Shown piece by piece: positions 1-15,179 of a stretch of DNA of 64,000 nucleotides. The stretch is taken from assembly GCF_009914755.1 (NCBI RefSeq), contig NC_060948.1; one strand, given 5' to 3'. Within the stretch, counting starts at the first letter, position 1. Each line of letters begins with the position of its first letter. The position numbers and the translations under genes were made by a program. This DNA comes from the human T2T-CHM13v2.0 reference genome, Homo sapiens. Under the pieces are notes generated by a model, which was not told the DNA's origin, did no database searches, and was given only the letters and a program-made list of their open reading frames with translations.

Positions 1-439
1 AGTTTCCATGAACATCTGATGTAATTTTATACAGTTTCTCACTGCAGTACAAGAAGTCAGGTAGATATGCTAGTATTTTCCTTAAAAAACACAAAGATTC
101 TGAAAAGACTAGAGAGCCCAAGTTCCCTTGTCAGGAACAAAACCCAAGCATACAGCAAGAGAAAACTCCAAAAAACTTGAAATACCACAGCCTGAGCATC
201 ATTCAACTGGCATGGGGGGTAAATCATTTAATTACCACTGAGTCTTAGGTTCATTGACTCTTTTTTTAATTCCTGAATATATTAGACATCAATTTTCTTC
301 ATAAAATCATACACTTCATAAGAATTAACAATTATTCCTAATTTTTGGCTACCCATGATATCCCTTGTCCCCCATGTCTATTCTTATTTTTTCATACAAC
401 AGAATTTTTGGCTTATCGGATAGCTGCACAGAGCAATAC

Positions 440-790
440 ATTATATTCTAGCTTTGCCTGAAGTCAGATATGACCATGTGATAAATTTCTGTCTGGTGCA
501 GTATATTAGAAAAGGTTTGTGCAACTTCTGGGGTGTGCATTTCAAAGGAGGGAGCGGTCATACCATTGTCCTTGTAAGTCATCTGGCTGGCCAGAATGTG
601 GTCATGCCTGCAGGAGTCAGAACAGCCTCCTTGCACCACAAGATGTCTGTTGAGGATAGCAGAACAACAAAATAGAGGGAATGTAGGTCTCTGAAAATGT
701 TGAAGATTACAGCAACCACATCAGCTTAGAATTGTATATAAGAGAAAAATTAGCTTCTGTCTCATTTAAAACTACAATTATATTTTAATG
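440..790 (+). mobile_element. Old ERVL/MaLR-type LTR remnant (LTR16/LTR33/MLT1-like)
   Basis: Degenerate resemblance to the typical LTR 3' portion (gaggatagcagaacaacaaaatagagg...gagaaaaattagcttctgtctcatttaaaactac); subfamily not resolvable by eye. Confidence 0.4.
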
Positions 791-1427
791 ATGAGCAACT
801 CATTGATTGCACTGTTGGTACTATACCTATCCCTATTGTATGGGCAAACTTTACTACAGAATCAAATAACGTTATCATGACAGGTTATCAGAAACCAACT
901 GGATGAGTATCTTCCCATCCTCATCTCATATTTGTCAACTTAGATGACAAATGGATGAATGCTAGAATTTAAAATATATCTCAAATTAAAATTTAACACA
1001 ATTTCATCTGAACCATGCCTAGGTTTTGGTTTTTGCTTTGATTCTCCATTCAGCAGTGAAAGGAAAGGGAATATTTCAATAATTATTATATTATATAATA
1101 TCTATATTACTTATTCTAATGATTTACTTTTAAAATAATTTAAGAATATACATATTTGTAAAATTATTAACTTTAAAACTTTGGTTTAACAAAAATATGT
1201 ATTCTATGATATAGTTTTTGCTTAGAAATATACATTTATATATTCATGCATATTTGCATGACTGTGTCAATATTTATTCAAAGAAAAATCATGAAAGTTT
1301 ACACAATGACTTCTCAGTTATGCCCTCTGAGACAGTAATTAAAGATGGTAAGTGAATAAGTTTGTCTTTTTTATTATATACTCAAGTATTAATTAAACTT
1401 TTCAATGAGCTTTGGTCTTGATCGGCA

Positions 1428-1797
1428 CATGAAAACAGACTAATACAGTAAATTTTTACAAAGAGTGAGGTGCTGCTGAAAAGATACCTGAAAATGTGGA
1501 AGTGACTTTGAAACTGGGTAATAGGCAGATATTGGGATAGTTTGGAGGGCTCAGAAAAAGAGAGAAAATGTGAGAAAGTTTGGAACTTCCTAGAGACTTG
1601 TTGAACGGCTTTGACAGAAATACTGATAGTGATATGAACAATAGGTCTGGACTGGGGTGGTCTCAGATGGAGAGGAGTAACTTGTTGGAACTGCAGCAAA
1701 GGTGACTCTTGTTATCTTTTAGCAAAGAGACTGGCAGCATATTGCCCCTGCCCTGAAGATTTGTGAAACTTTGAACTTGAGAGAGATGATACAGGGT
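1428..1797 (+). mobile_element. THE1/MST (MaLR) LTR end plus start of internal sequence
   Basis: catgaaaacagactaataca LTR terminus followed by the characteristic THE1-int start gtgctgctgaaaagatacctgaaaatgtggaagtgactttg...gtttggaacttcctagagacttg. Confidence 0.85.
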
Positions 1798-1799
1798 AG

Positions 1800-3820
1800 C
1801 ATTCTCAGGGGGTATGCTTGCAGCTACAGGAAGATGTATGGGAATAGACACACAACTCTCCCTCCCAGATAAGCACAACAAAGTGACACAGAAGCAGTCC
1901 AAGCCTCTGATATACTCTTCCGGACTGAATTCTTAGAATCTATTTGTGTGAAAGAGATTGTTTCTTGAACTAACTCGACCAGAAAACCCTCTCAGGTTTG
2001 CTTTCTTTAAAATAAACTTGCCCTTCACTGTGAAGCCACCTTTCATTTTTGTCTTGTCTTCCTTCAATTCTTACACTTAGTGCCAAAACCTGTGACTGGT
2101 GTTGAGAGCATAGGCTGTCTTGCAACCCAGGAGGCAGTAGGCAATGACAGCTCATCCTGAGTTAACTCCTGTATCCTAAAGTTCTCTGACTACATGTCCC
2201 ATCTTTTCTCTTGCTTAACTTTTCAAGTGATTTGTGTGAAGAGGACAACTAACTTGAACAGGCTGTGAGGCTCAGGTAGAGGCTACTCCCTGGTGGGATC
2301 TCAAAACACTCAGGTCTCAGGAATCCACCTCTGACCATGCACAATGGGTATTTTGCTCCCCAACCCTCCCTTGCCCCTTCTTCCTCCATCTTCTCTCTCT
2401 CTCTCTCTTTCTCTCTTTCTTTCTCTCTCTCCCTCTCCCCCACTCTCTCTCTCTCTTCCTCAAATGGCTACAGCCTGGGAGGCCCTTTTCCAACCATAGC
2501 CAGAACATCCAACATCAGATACTAATTCAGATGACTAGTGAGATCTGCCTTCTCCCAGCTTTCTCTCAGTACCAGAGAAAGTCTGCCTGCTGTCCAGGTC
2601 CTGGGAGGTCCAATCAGACTAACAGGGCTGAGCTAGAGGAAATCTTGGCACCCAGTTCCTTCTCAGCTTAATGGTCCCCTTTTGGAAAGAGGAATCTGGG
2701 TCTCTGTCTTTTGTCTGGGGATGCCTAGAACACAACGGACACCCCCAGCTTCTTCTTACCAGTCCACATAAGTGCCAAACAATCTCACATCCCTACATCC
2801 TCCCCACTGGACTGCCGTATTTGGGACCTAGCCAAACTTGGCTTATGGTTGACCTTAAAGCCAAAACATTTAATTTTCTACTGGAACATGGTCTTAACAA
2901 CTTTTTTATGAGAAATGGCAAATGACAAGAGATTTCCCCATGTTCAGACTTTCTTCTATTGTCAACCTCAGCCCTCATCCTTCTCTACCTGTTCAAAAAC
3001 TACTCCAGCCAGTTAAAACTTCTCTGCCATTCTCCCTCTCTGGGAAGTGGTTAGGGTTAAAGGTAGTCCTCACATTCATGCCCCCTTCTCCATGTCTAAT
3101 TTGTGACAAATTGAACAGCTTCTGGGACTTTTCTCTAAAAATCCCTCTCATTATCACAGGAAATTCCTGCACATAACCCAATTCTTTCATTTAAGTTGGC
3201 ATTACATTTACATAATTCTAACCTCCACCTTTACCCTTAATAAAAAAGAGTGCTCAGCTTTATTAAAATGGACATCTTAGCTATAACAATACTCAAAAGG
3301 CCTTTAGGTTTTTTTCTTCCCAAATTGTGTTTTCCTGAAAAGGGGTTTTTCTCAGTCAAAACTACTTTTCTTCACTCTGCCTTGCCACTCTTGCTGCATG
3401 CATAAAAGATCCCAGAATAACTACTGGTGGCCTAGGACTCCCCAGGAAGACAGAAAACTTGCCACAAGTCCCATCTTGAAAAAAATAACTATTTTCCTTA
3501 TGGAACCACTACAATTAAAGGTGAATAAGTACCTCTCAAAAATCTTTCTTTGTCTTCCAGATATGCTTGTTTGTTAGGCCCTAAAATTTGTTTACCTAGT
3601 TCTTCTCTTAAAGGGCCTGACCCTGAGGCCAATAATCCAATCTGGAAATTAGCAAATGGAAATCTTACAACTACTGGGTCTTCTTCTGGTTGTCTGTGTG
3701 GCTATATATGTGTTATGTATATTATCTAAATTAAAAAGAACTTTAATAAATTAATTGTCCTAAGAAAAGAAAGTACTTAAATCAAGTATTTTTAAGAAAA
3801 TGCTAAGCAAAGTAATACTA
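1800..3820 (+). mobile_element. ERV1 (MER4-group-like) LTR fragment, PBS and decayed internal sequence
   Basis: AATAAA at 2011, LTR-type end ...ttcttaCA at 2075, then tagtgccaaaacctgtga (2078-2095), a 14/18 match to the tRNA-Phe PBS TGGTGCCGAAACCCGGGA. Confidence 0.6.
2370..2460. repeat. CT-rich microsatellite
   Basis: (CT)n/(CTTT)n run. Confidence 0.9.
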
Positions 3821-3825
3821 TGTAC

Positions 3826-7120
<3,295 letters not shown>

Positions 7121-8248
7121 ACACAGCATTCACAGTTGATACTATTAATACCAATGTTAAATTTAAGCTACTTATATTAAATTGCATACAAATGCAGTAA
7201 AAGTATATGGACATTCACGGTAATAAAAATGACCAAATTTTTCTTCGTTTTACTTTGAAATGTAGAAGCTAATGTGGTAGTTTTCTTTACTTTAAATTGT
7301 ATATACTGTAAACAAGCAAGTTCAGCTTTGTTACTGAAAATAGCAATAATGCTGAGATAAGTAAATTCTAACAGGTTAGAAAATAAAACAAAGCTGAGAA
7401 GGTTAAAATCCATCATCTCAATCCATCATGCTGAGGGGAGAAGCACTGAAAAGCCATCTCCTGACTTAATGGAAATCGATATTTCTGCCAAAGTCTGGGT
7501 ACAGCTGTAAAGGTTCACAAAAATTACTGTACCTGAATGACTTCTGCTTTCTTACTAACTGAGAAACTTTATGTTCTAAAATTACAAACAGAGTGTTTGC
7601 TGTTTGAAATGTTATCAGTGAAGATAAAACTTAGCAGTCTTTTCCAGCTGATTAATGTCACTTTCCACAGAAGAAAAACTGATTTCCAGTCTAGCTGCAT
7701 AGCTTCAAATAACAAGCATGTGCACTCAAAATTCCACACAAATGTCAACTTGTGATCTACAAGGAATAAAGACACTGGGTTCTCTCACAGTCTAAACATG
7801 ATGTTTTGGCCTTTCATACATAGGAGTACTTTACCTTGAACTTGTAGAAATTCTACTCTGTTTAAATATCTACTCACCTCCTTTCCCATAAATCCTACAG
7901 TACCAAGTTTTATTACTTTAGTTGCCCCACAGGCATGGTTGACCTTACTGTAACAAGTCAATGCAATTTTATTAGATTATAGGGTTGTCCTATGTAGTCA
8001 GAGACTAGCTGGATTAAGTCACAGAATTTCTCTGTCTAGCTGTTTTCCCCATAGTAAATGCAACTGGCAAAAATGTCTAATATGCCTTGAATCCCTAGAT
8101 ATAAAACACATTTTCTGATTTTGCTAAATTGATTCCTGCATACAATACTCATTTGAGAGAAGTGTCATTTTTCAAGTGACTAATATAAAAATGGTAATGT
8201 CCATAATAATTTGTATTCTATTTTATTTTAAAATGTGGATTTTTTTCT

Positions 8249-8520
8249 CCAGGCAAGATGGCTCACACCTGTAATCCCAGCACTTCAGGAGGCTGAGGCA
8301 GGTGTATCTCAAATGAGACCAACATGGCGAAAGCCCATCTTTACTAAAAATACAAAAAAACTTTGCCAGGTCTGACAGCATATGCCTGTAGTACTAGCTA
8401 TTCGGAAGGCAAGAGAATCACCTCCTGGTGAAGATTGCAGAGAGCCAAGATCGTGCCATTGCACTCCAGCATGGGCCAGAGAACTGGACTCTTTAAAAAA
8501 AGTAAAATAAAATAAAATAT
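8249..8520 (+). mobile_element. Alu (degenerate, AluS-like)
   Basis: ggctcacacctgtaatcccagcac, A-rich linker, A-tail. Confidence 0.9.
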
Positions 8521-9419
8521 ATGTGGATTTTTTCAAAAACATAAGCAACTTTTTATGTTCTTTTGGAAATTTGTGTCTGTATGCGTTTTTTTGACACAGA
8601 AAGTAGTACATAGAGAAGCTTTTACAAATGTTTCAACTATATTTGAATTTTATTTTAATACCCCATATTAAATTACCCTCTGATCTGGTTTTTTAATGCT
8701 TTTAAGTCTGAGCATAATAACTCACTAAAAAGATTTCTGTAGGGCTTGGGTTCTGCTAACATTATTTTCTTGGCTGTATTTTATCTAAGTTCATTATGCA
8801 AACAATTTGCATTGTGTCATCAAAAATGACTTCTGAAAGCCTTCTGTGGCCCCTGTTATGCCACTAACCATAATGGGGTAACGGGGACCATATTTACCCT
8901 CCCAGGTTAAATAACTATAAAACTAGACAGAAATATGAAACAAAGACTGTTCTACATTCAATTACAGGCAGCATCAAACAGTAATTTCTCAGAAAAGATG
9001 AACAAAGACAGTGTAAGGATGAACCTTGCTTTTCACCAGGCCATAACTTAGTGGGTGTTACTATATTGAGAAGACTAAAATCAGAGTTCAACTATATCAA
9101 GAAAGCTAGAATGTGTAGAGCAAAATGCCAGGAAAAAAAGAGGACTTACACAAAAAGAAAACCCCAGAGATGCAAGAGAGTTGATGCAGGTCTTCTGCTG
9201 GCTGTTAATCTGCATATCCCTGTGAGAAAATTGTCTGAAGCTTAAAAGAAAGCACTGGAACAAAACTATTCCCTGTACATGCATCTATAATGCCGATTGG
9301 GCAGAATACTTTGACTTTGGTTCTGGGTAAGTAGCATAGCATGATCTTCATATTATTTCTTTAGCTATGTTCAATATCTGAAATGTATGAGAGTGCCTTA
9401 ATGGCTTAGGTTGTAGTTG

Positions 9420-10436
9420 TTTTAAGAGCCTGTGATGAGACTTTGCTGAGGTTTGGTGTGCTGGTCAGGCCTGAAATCAGGCTCCTTGGTAGCATCAGAA
9501 AACAGCAGCTGTGGCAGCTGCATTGGGCAGGTAAGTCCTAGGGGTCCCAGGCATCATGGGAGGGCCCCACTGTGGTGGCTGTGGACTAGGTGGGCCAGAT
9601 TTTGGTCCCCCATGTGGTACATGTGGGTGCCTATAATGGCAGTAACAGCTTAGGTTCTGGGTTGTGGGTCCTGACATGACACTCAGCAGTGTCTGGTTGT
9701 CTTGCTGCTGAGAGGTTGGGAGGAGTTGGTGCCTCAGTGGCAGCAACCTTAGGCAGGTATTTCCCACGCTCTATGGGTCACACATTTTTGTTCCCTATGT
9801 TTTGGAGCAGCCTCTCAAATATGCTAGAATGCCTATTCCCTGGGGTATAGGATGCTGCATCATTTCCATTACCATGGACCCAGACACACTGCTGCACCCA
9901 GCTGACATCGTGACACTGAGGCCTTTGGGTGGACAAGAGGGCATGTCAGCAAGGACCCAGGATATGGAGATGCAGGGGATATTGGAGCCCTGGGCAAAAG
10001 CTGTCTAGAACCTACATCAGCCTCAATATTGGGCCACACACCAGCAATGTGGGCCTCTGTGGGCATGGGGTCTTGTGTGAGTTCCCTCCCTGGGACAATG
10101 TAGTTGGGTGGCGATCAGGCATGTCTCTGTATTAGTCTTAGGACATGTCCTCACAGGCCAAGGGGATTCTCTGCATCTAGGATTGCAAATGTGGTCTTTC
10201 TTTCTCCTCCAGCAGAGAATTCCTTTTGGTTTTGAGCCAATTCCAGCTGGCTGCTTTGGTCCCTCTCTATACTGCTGCCATCCTGAGTTTTTATGCCTCA
10301 GAGAGTCACAGTCACTTCCTTGCTGAATTCCAGCATTCTCCCAAAGATGTTCAATTCAATGCATAGTCATCTATTTGCTATTTTGGACCTTCTTTATGGA
10401 GGAGGTGAGTCTTGAGTGACTCTAGCAGCCATCTTT
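9420..10436 (-). mobile_element. Old L1M 5'UTR-like segment
   Basis: GC-richer block ending ...gcagccatctt (reverse of aagatggc), typical of L1M 5' ends. Confidence 0.5.
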
Positions 10437-10439
10437 ATC

Positions 10440-10740
10440 CTTTTGTTGTTGTTATTTTATTATTTATTTGTTTATTGAGATGGAGTCTTGATCTGTTGCC
10501 CAGGCTGGAGTGCAGTGGAGCGATTTCAGCCCACTGCCACCTCCACCTTCTTCTGTCAGCCTCCCAAGTACCTGGGATTACAGGCCCCCACCACCAAGTG
10601 TGGCTAATTTTTTGTATTTTTAGTAAAGATGGGGTTTTGCATATTGGCCAGGCTGGTCTCAAACTCCTGGCCTCAGATGATCTACCCACCTCGGCCTCCC
10701 AAAGTGCTGGATTATAGGCGTGACCCACCACACCCAGCCT
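10440..10740 (-). mobile_element. AluS
   Basis: Reverse Alu consensus; tail on the left. Confidence 0.93.
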
Positions 10741-10744
10741 TTTA

Positions 10745-11210
10745 TTTTTTATTTGTTTAAAAATATATGTCAATTATTTTTCTCTCCTTTTATCTTTGTC
10801 TTCTCCTTATAGTACTCCATACATTATCATCCTGCTTCATAATTTTCCATAAGTTCCTTAGGCTGTCTTCATGATTCCTTATCTTTCTCTTGCATTTTTA
10901 TCCTCCATTTTGATTGTTTTCAAGGACTTTGCTTAATTTTTCTTATCCTTTGTTCTGCTTGATCCAGTTTACTGTTCGGCCCCTGTATCTAATTTTTGAC
11001 TTAGGTTCCTGTATTTTTCACTTCTTTGATTTCTGTTTGATGCTTTGAAATATTTTCTACCTCTTTGTTAAACTTCTCAGTTTTTAAATGCATTGCTCTC
11101 TTGACTTCTGTTAATACCTTAGTGCTTCTTGTTTTGATTTCCTTGTCATGGACATTACATACTTTTATCAGATTCTGATTCTGTTTATTTCTTTTGTTCT
11201 TTACCTCAGA
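10745..11210 (-). mobile_element. Old L1M ORF1 remnant
   Basis: ORF 11001..11228 contains FNKEVENISKHQTEIKEVKNT, resembling the L1 ORF1 coiled-coil (NKE.EIIKKNQTEILELKNT). Confidence 0.65.
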
Positions 11211-11859
11211 ACATATTTTCCCCTCCACTGCACTCCCTCACCACCCTGCTCTCCCGTACCCACTACCACCAGCCCCGTTTTTCCTGACTATGAGTTGGTT
11301 TCTGCAAGTCAGTGGACAACCATCTTTCTTTGTTTTCCTGAACTCATCCTACATAGGAAATTTCATTTCCTTATCAGTGCAACCAGAGATTCCAGTTGCT
11401 TCTCAATTCTGTGATTGTCCAACTCACTGTCTTTCTTCCTATGCCCCACTGGATTGTTGAGTGTGTGAAATCATATTATTCCTTTGACATAGGCAAGATA
11501 GTAGCCAGCCCCAAGACATGCAGGTAAAGTTTTGGGATTAGATGTATATTATTTGTGGACAAGCTTAGATTCAGAGTCTATGTCCAACTAGTTCTGCCCT
11601 GTGCCAAGAATAGTGTCCATGACTGACACTGCGCAGTCATTCATTATGCTCACTCTGAATCTGGACAGATAGCCACTGAATATTTACAACTTTGACAATC
11701 TTGTTCTCTGTGATATAGGAGACTCAGGAATACAGAGTCCCATTCACTTCCAGAAGTAGATAATTTAGGACAAGTCCTTTAGGTACAGACTGTAAAATTT
11801 GTGATGCATGATGTATGCAGAAGCTACTTCCAGGGAGGTTCTACAGACCTTGATTTCTC

Positions 11860-12655
11860 ACCAGAGCAAGCCAGGGAGAAGGTAGTGCAGACTGCCTGCT
11901 TTCTCATTCTGCATTGCCAAAGTCGCACAAGCTTCTTCCAGGAAGAAACTGCAAGGCAGATTTCTTGCTGTGGCAAGGCAGATAAGAAGACAAGAAGGCC
12001 TGAGAGGTGTTCACTGTCACATTTATATTTTACCAAAAATCTGTCCAGGGAGAATAGCCAGTGGGATTTGTTGCTAGAACAGCCTGTGAAGAAAGCATGC
12101 TATGTTAGTGACAGAAGGGTAGTGCTGTCTCTTCCATTCAGGATTTCAGAGATCTAACTCCCTGATTTTCTCTAGCAAGTGATGGCAGAAATTTGCTATT
12201 AGAGTAAGCCAGGGAAGAAAATGTGGGAAGTGCTTTTCTTCTCATTTAGGCTTAGAAGTATTCGGACTCTCTGCCTCCTTCCAGATAGAGACTGCAGGAA
12301 ATTTTACTGGAGCAAGTCAGGGAAAATGTCTTAGGGAGTGCCGTCTCTTTCTGTTTGGCTCATAGAGGTCTGTATCCAGCCTACTTTGAGAGAATAATTG
12401 CAGAAATCAAGGAAGGAAGTGAAAGAAGGCACAGTGATTGCCCTTCTTATTTATGCTTTTGGTAGTATTTGTTCTAGCCTCCTTCCGGGGAGAGATTTCA
12501 GAGATATATTACAAAAGCAAGCTAGGGAAGAAGGAACTAGAAGTGCTGAAACCTTTCTTCTCACTCCTGAAGACTTTAAACCCCTTTCCAGGGAGAGAAA
12601 AAAAGGCTTTACCTAATCACTGAAGGAAGCCAGGGAAGAAGGCTCAGGGATTCAT
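11860..12655. repeat. Degenerate ~108-bp tandem array (~8 units)
   Basis: gcaagccagggaagaagg-like motif near 11865, 11973, 12078, 12204, 12311, 12413, 12516 and 12624. Confidence 0.65.
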
Positions 12656-12694
12656 GTCCTTCCCAGCTCCACAAGTTTCTTTGTTTGTTTGTTT

Positions 12695-14945
12695 TGAGTA
12701 GGGATTACAACCTTGGTTACAACTCCCCTGGGCTGTAATTCTCTTCATCTTGATACTCTTTTCTGAGAGGGGAATATATTCTTCAGTGCAAAATGTTTCT
12801 TCCAACCCTGGTGTGAAAGTCAGCTCTATTTAACTGTTATTTTTTGTTTGTTTGTTTGTTTGTTTCAGTGAGCATTAGTCCTTTACCGCTGATCTGAAAC
12901 TCTCTTCTTCATTGTTGTCTTTCTTTATAAGAAACCCATTTCCTTGCATGTGGGTTGGATATCTATTCTTCCCGACTCTCCTGCTAGTAGAAATTATTTT
13001 CTGGCTCACTGGGCTTAAGTCACACAATCTTGACTTCCTGATATCCCTGAGTAGGGAATTATTTTCTTACTTCATAAGATAAAATGTTTTTTCTTTTGCT
13101 TAGTTTTCACAATAGGGATTATTCCCTAACTGTCTGGGCTTAAAGTATCTTTTTTTGCTATCACCTCTTGGTAGGAATTATTCCCTGACTCCTGCAGTGA
13201 AAGTCTCTTCTGCCTTTTCTGTCCTTACCTAGTAGGGATTATTCTCTGAGTCTGTGCTAAATGTCCTATCTTTTCACTGTTGTTGTTTTATTAGTGATTA
13301 ATCCCAGACTTGATGGGATAGAAGTATCTTTTTAGTGGATGTCTTATCTGAATAGAAATTATTCCCTTATTTCTGGGATAGTACTCTTTTTTTTCTGGCT
13401 ATATTACTTCAATGGGAGGTATTCCGTGCCTCCTGGGGTAGAAAATTATTGGTCTTGATTGTTTTGTTTTTTTTTACTGAAGACTTTTCCCTGGACTACT
13501 GGTTTGGAAATGTCTGGCCTTCTTTGCTGAGCCAGAAAAAAATAATTCCTGGATCTATTTCCTGTGTAGAAATTTCCTGACTTCTGGAGTGAAAACCTGT
13601 TTTTCCTGGCTCTGTTTCATAAGAAAAATTATTTTGCTGATTGGACATCGTGTCTTTCCAGACCTCTTCCTTGAGTAAAATTTATTCTCTCACTTCTTGC
13701 TTTGAAAGACATTCCTCCTGGCTCTCTTATCAAATGGAATTTATTCCCTGGCACCTGAGCTGTAAGTCACTTCTTATTAGCACTCTTTTCTGACTCTGGC
13801 TAGAAATCTCTTCTTTCTGGTCTCTTTGCTAATGGGTAAAATTTTCTGACTACCTGATTATCTCTCTCTGTCCTAAATGAGAACAATTTTCATGTGATTA
13901 TGAGCTCAAAGTCACTTCTTCTTTGTTCCTTGTCCTAAATGGGTATTATTCTCTGACTCCTTAGATTGAACTTTATTTTTTATTTTGTTCTTTTATTTGA
14001 GATAAGAGCTCTGTGATGAAATACTTCTTTCATGATTGAAGATTATTTCCTGGCTCCCTGGGATAGAACTTTGTCATCCCTCACTCTTTTTCCTGATTGA
14101 AATTTTTCTCTGACATTTGGGCTCAAATTTCTTCTTTCTGACACTATTTCCTGATGGGGGTTATACCCTGACTTCCTTTAAAATCCTTACTTCTCTCTCT
14201 TTAAAAAATTAATAATGATTATTCTAACTTTTTTAGGTAGATGTTCCTTCTTATGGGCTCTCTCTTTTCTGAGTGACATTTATTCCTAATGTGCAAAAAG
14301 TATATTCCTCCTAGGGGATTACTGTCTGACTCCAGGAGATGGACATTTTTTTGTTTTGTTTTGTTTTTCTTAATATTTTTCCCCTTATTACAGATTATTC
14401 CAGTATTCTGAGGATTATTTCCTGATACGTTAGTTGGAAATCTCCTCGTTCTGGCCCTTTTACTTTATGGGATATTATTCCTTGTCTCCTAGGGTGACAT
14501 TTTCTTTTCCCAGGTTATCGTTTTTCTTATGATTATTCCCTGACTCCCTGGGGTTGCAAGTCTCTCTTGCCTTGCTTTCTAATCTGACTGGAAATTGTTT
14601 CCTGATTTCCAAGTCTGGAACTCTTTTTTGTCAGTTTCACTTCATGTTTGGGATTATTCCTTTATGTTCTGTGTTGTGTATACTTCTTCTTCCCTTCTCT
14701 GACATTTTTGGCTTCAGTTATCCTCTTGGGTGTCTATTCTCAAGTAAGATTTTTTCCCTGATTCTCTTATGCTAAACATCTTTTTTCCTAGTTACTACCT
14801 GAGTGGAGTTTTCCCTGACTCCATTAGCTGGGTTCCCTTTTTTCTAGCCTCTTTCCTGAGTGGAGGTTATTTCTTGATTCCCTGTGTTGGAGACCTTTTC
14901 TTCCTTAACGTGAATTTCCTCATATTTCTGGCCGGTCTGGAAATT
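12695..14945. repeat. Ancient degenerate ~60-bp tandem array (~35 units)
   Basis: ggattattccctgactcc-like motif recurring at ~60-bp spacing (e.g. ~12990, 13055, 13116, 13174, 13236, 13296, 13355, 13416 ... 14531, 14805, 14865). Confidence 0.75.
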
Positions 14946-15150
14946 TATCTCTATCTTTACCTCTCTATCTCTATCTCTATCTCTATCTCTATCTCTATCT
15001 CTATCTCTATCTCTTTCTCTATCTATCTATCTCTATCTCTATCTCTCTATCTCTATATCTCTATCTCTATCTCTATCTCTATCTCTATCTCTATCTCTAT
15101 CTCTATCTCTATCTCTATCTCTATCTCTTTATCCATGTCTCTATCTCCCT
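14946..15150. repeat. (CTATCT)n hexamer microsatellite
   Basis: Direct inspection; it produces the spurious ISISIS ORF. Confidence 0.97.
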
Positions 15151-15179
15151 TTCTGTCTCGCGATCTCTATTTCTAATCT

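Noticed and set aside
7400-7840. Exon-like minus-strand segments with AG/GT boundaries
   Set aside because: No recognisable open frame or homolog, and the implied intron is only ~27 nt; a BLAST against Y pseudogene families would be needed
12695-14945. CRISPR-like repeat-spacer array
   Set aside because: Eukaryotic context, degenerate along the whole unit, no conserved repeat with unique spacers, no cas genes
14769-15176. 135-aa ORF rich in ISISIS
   Set aside because: Translation of the (CTATCT)n microsatellite
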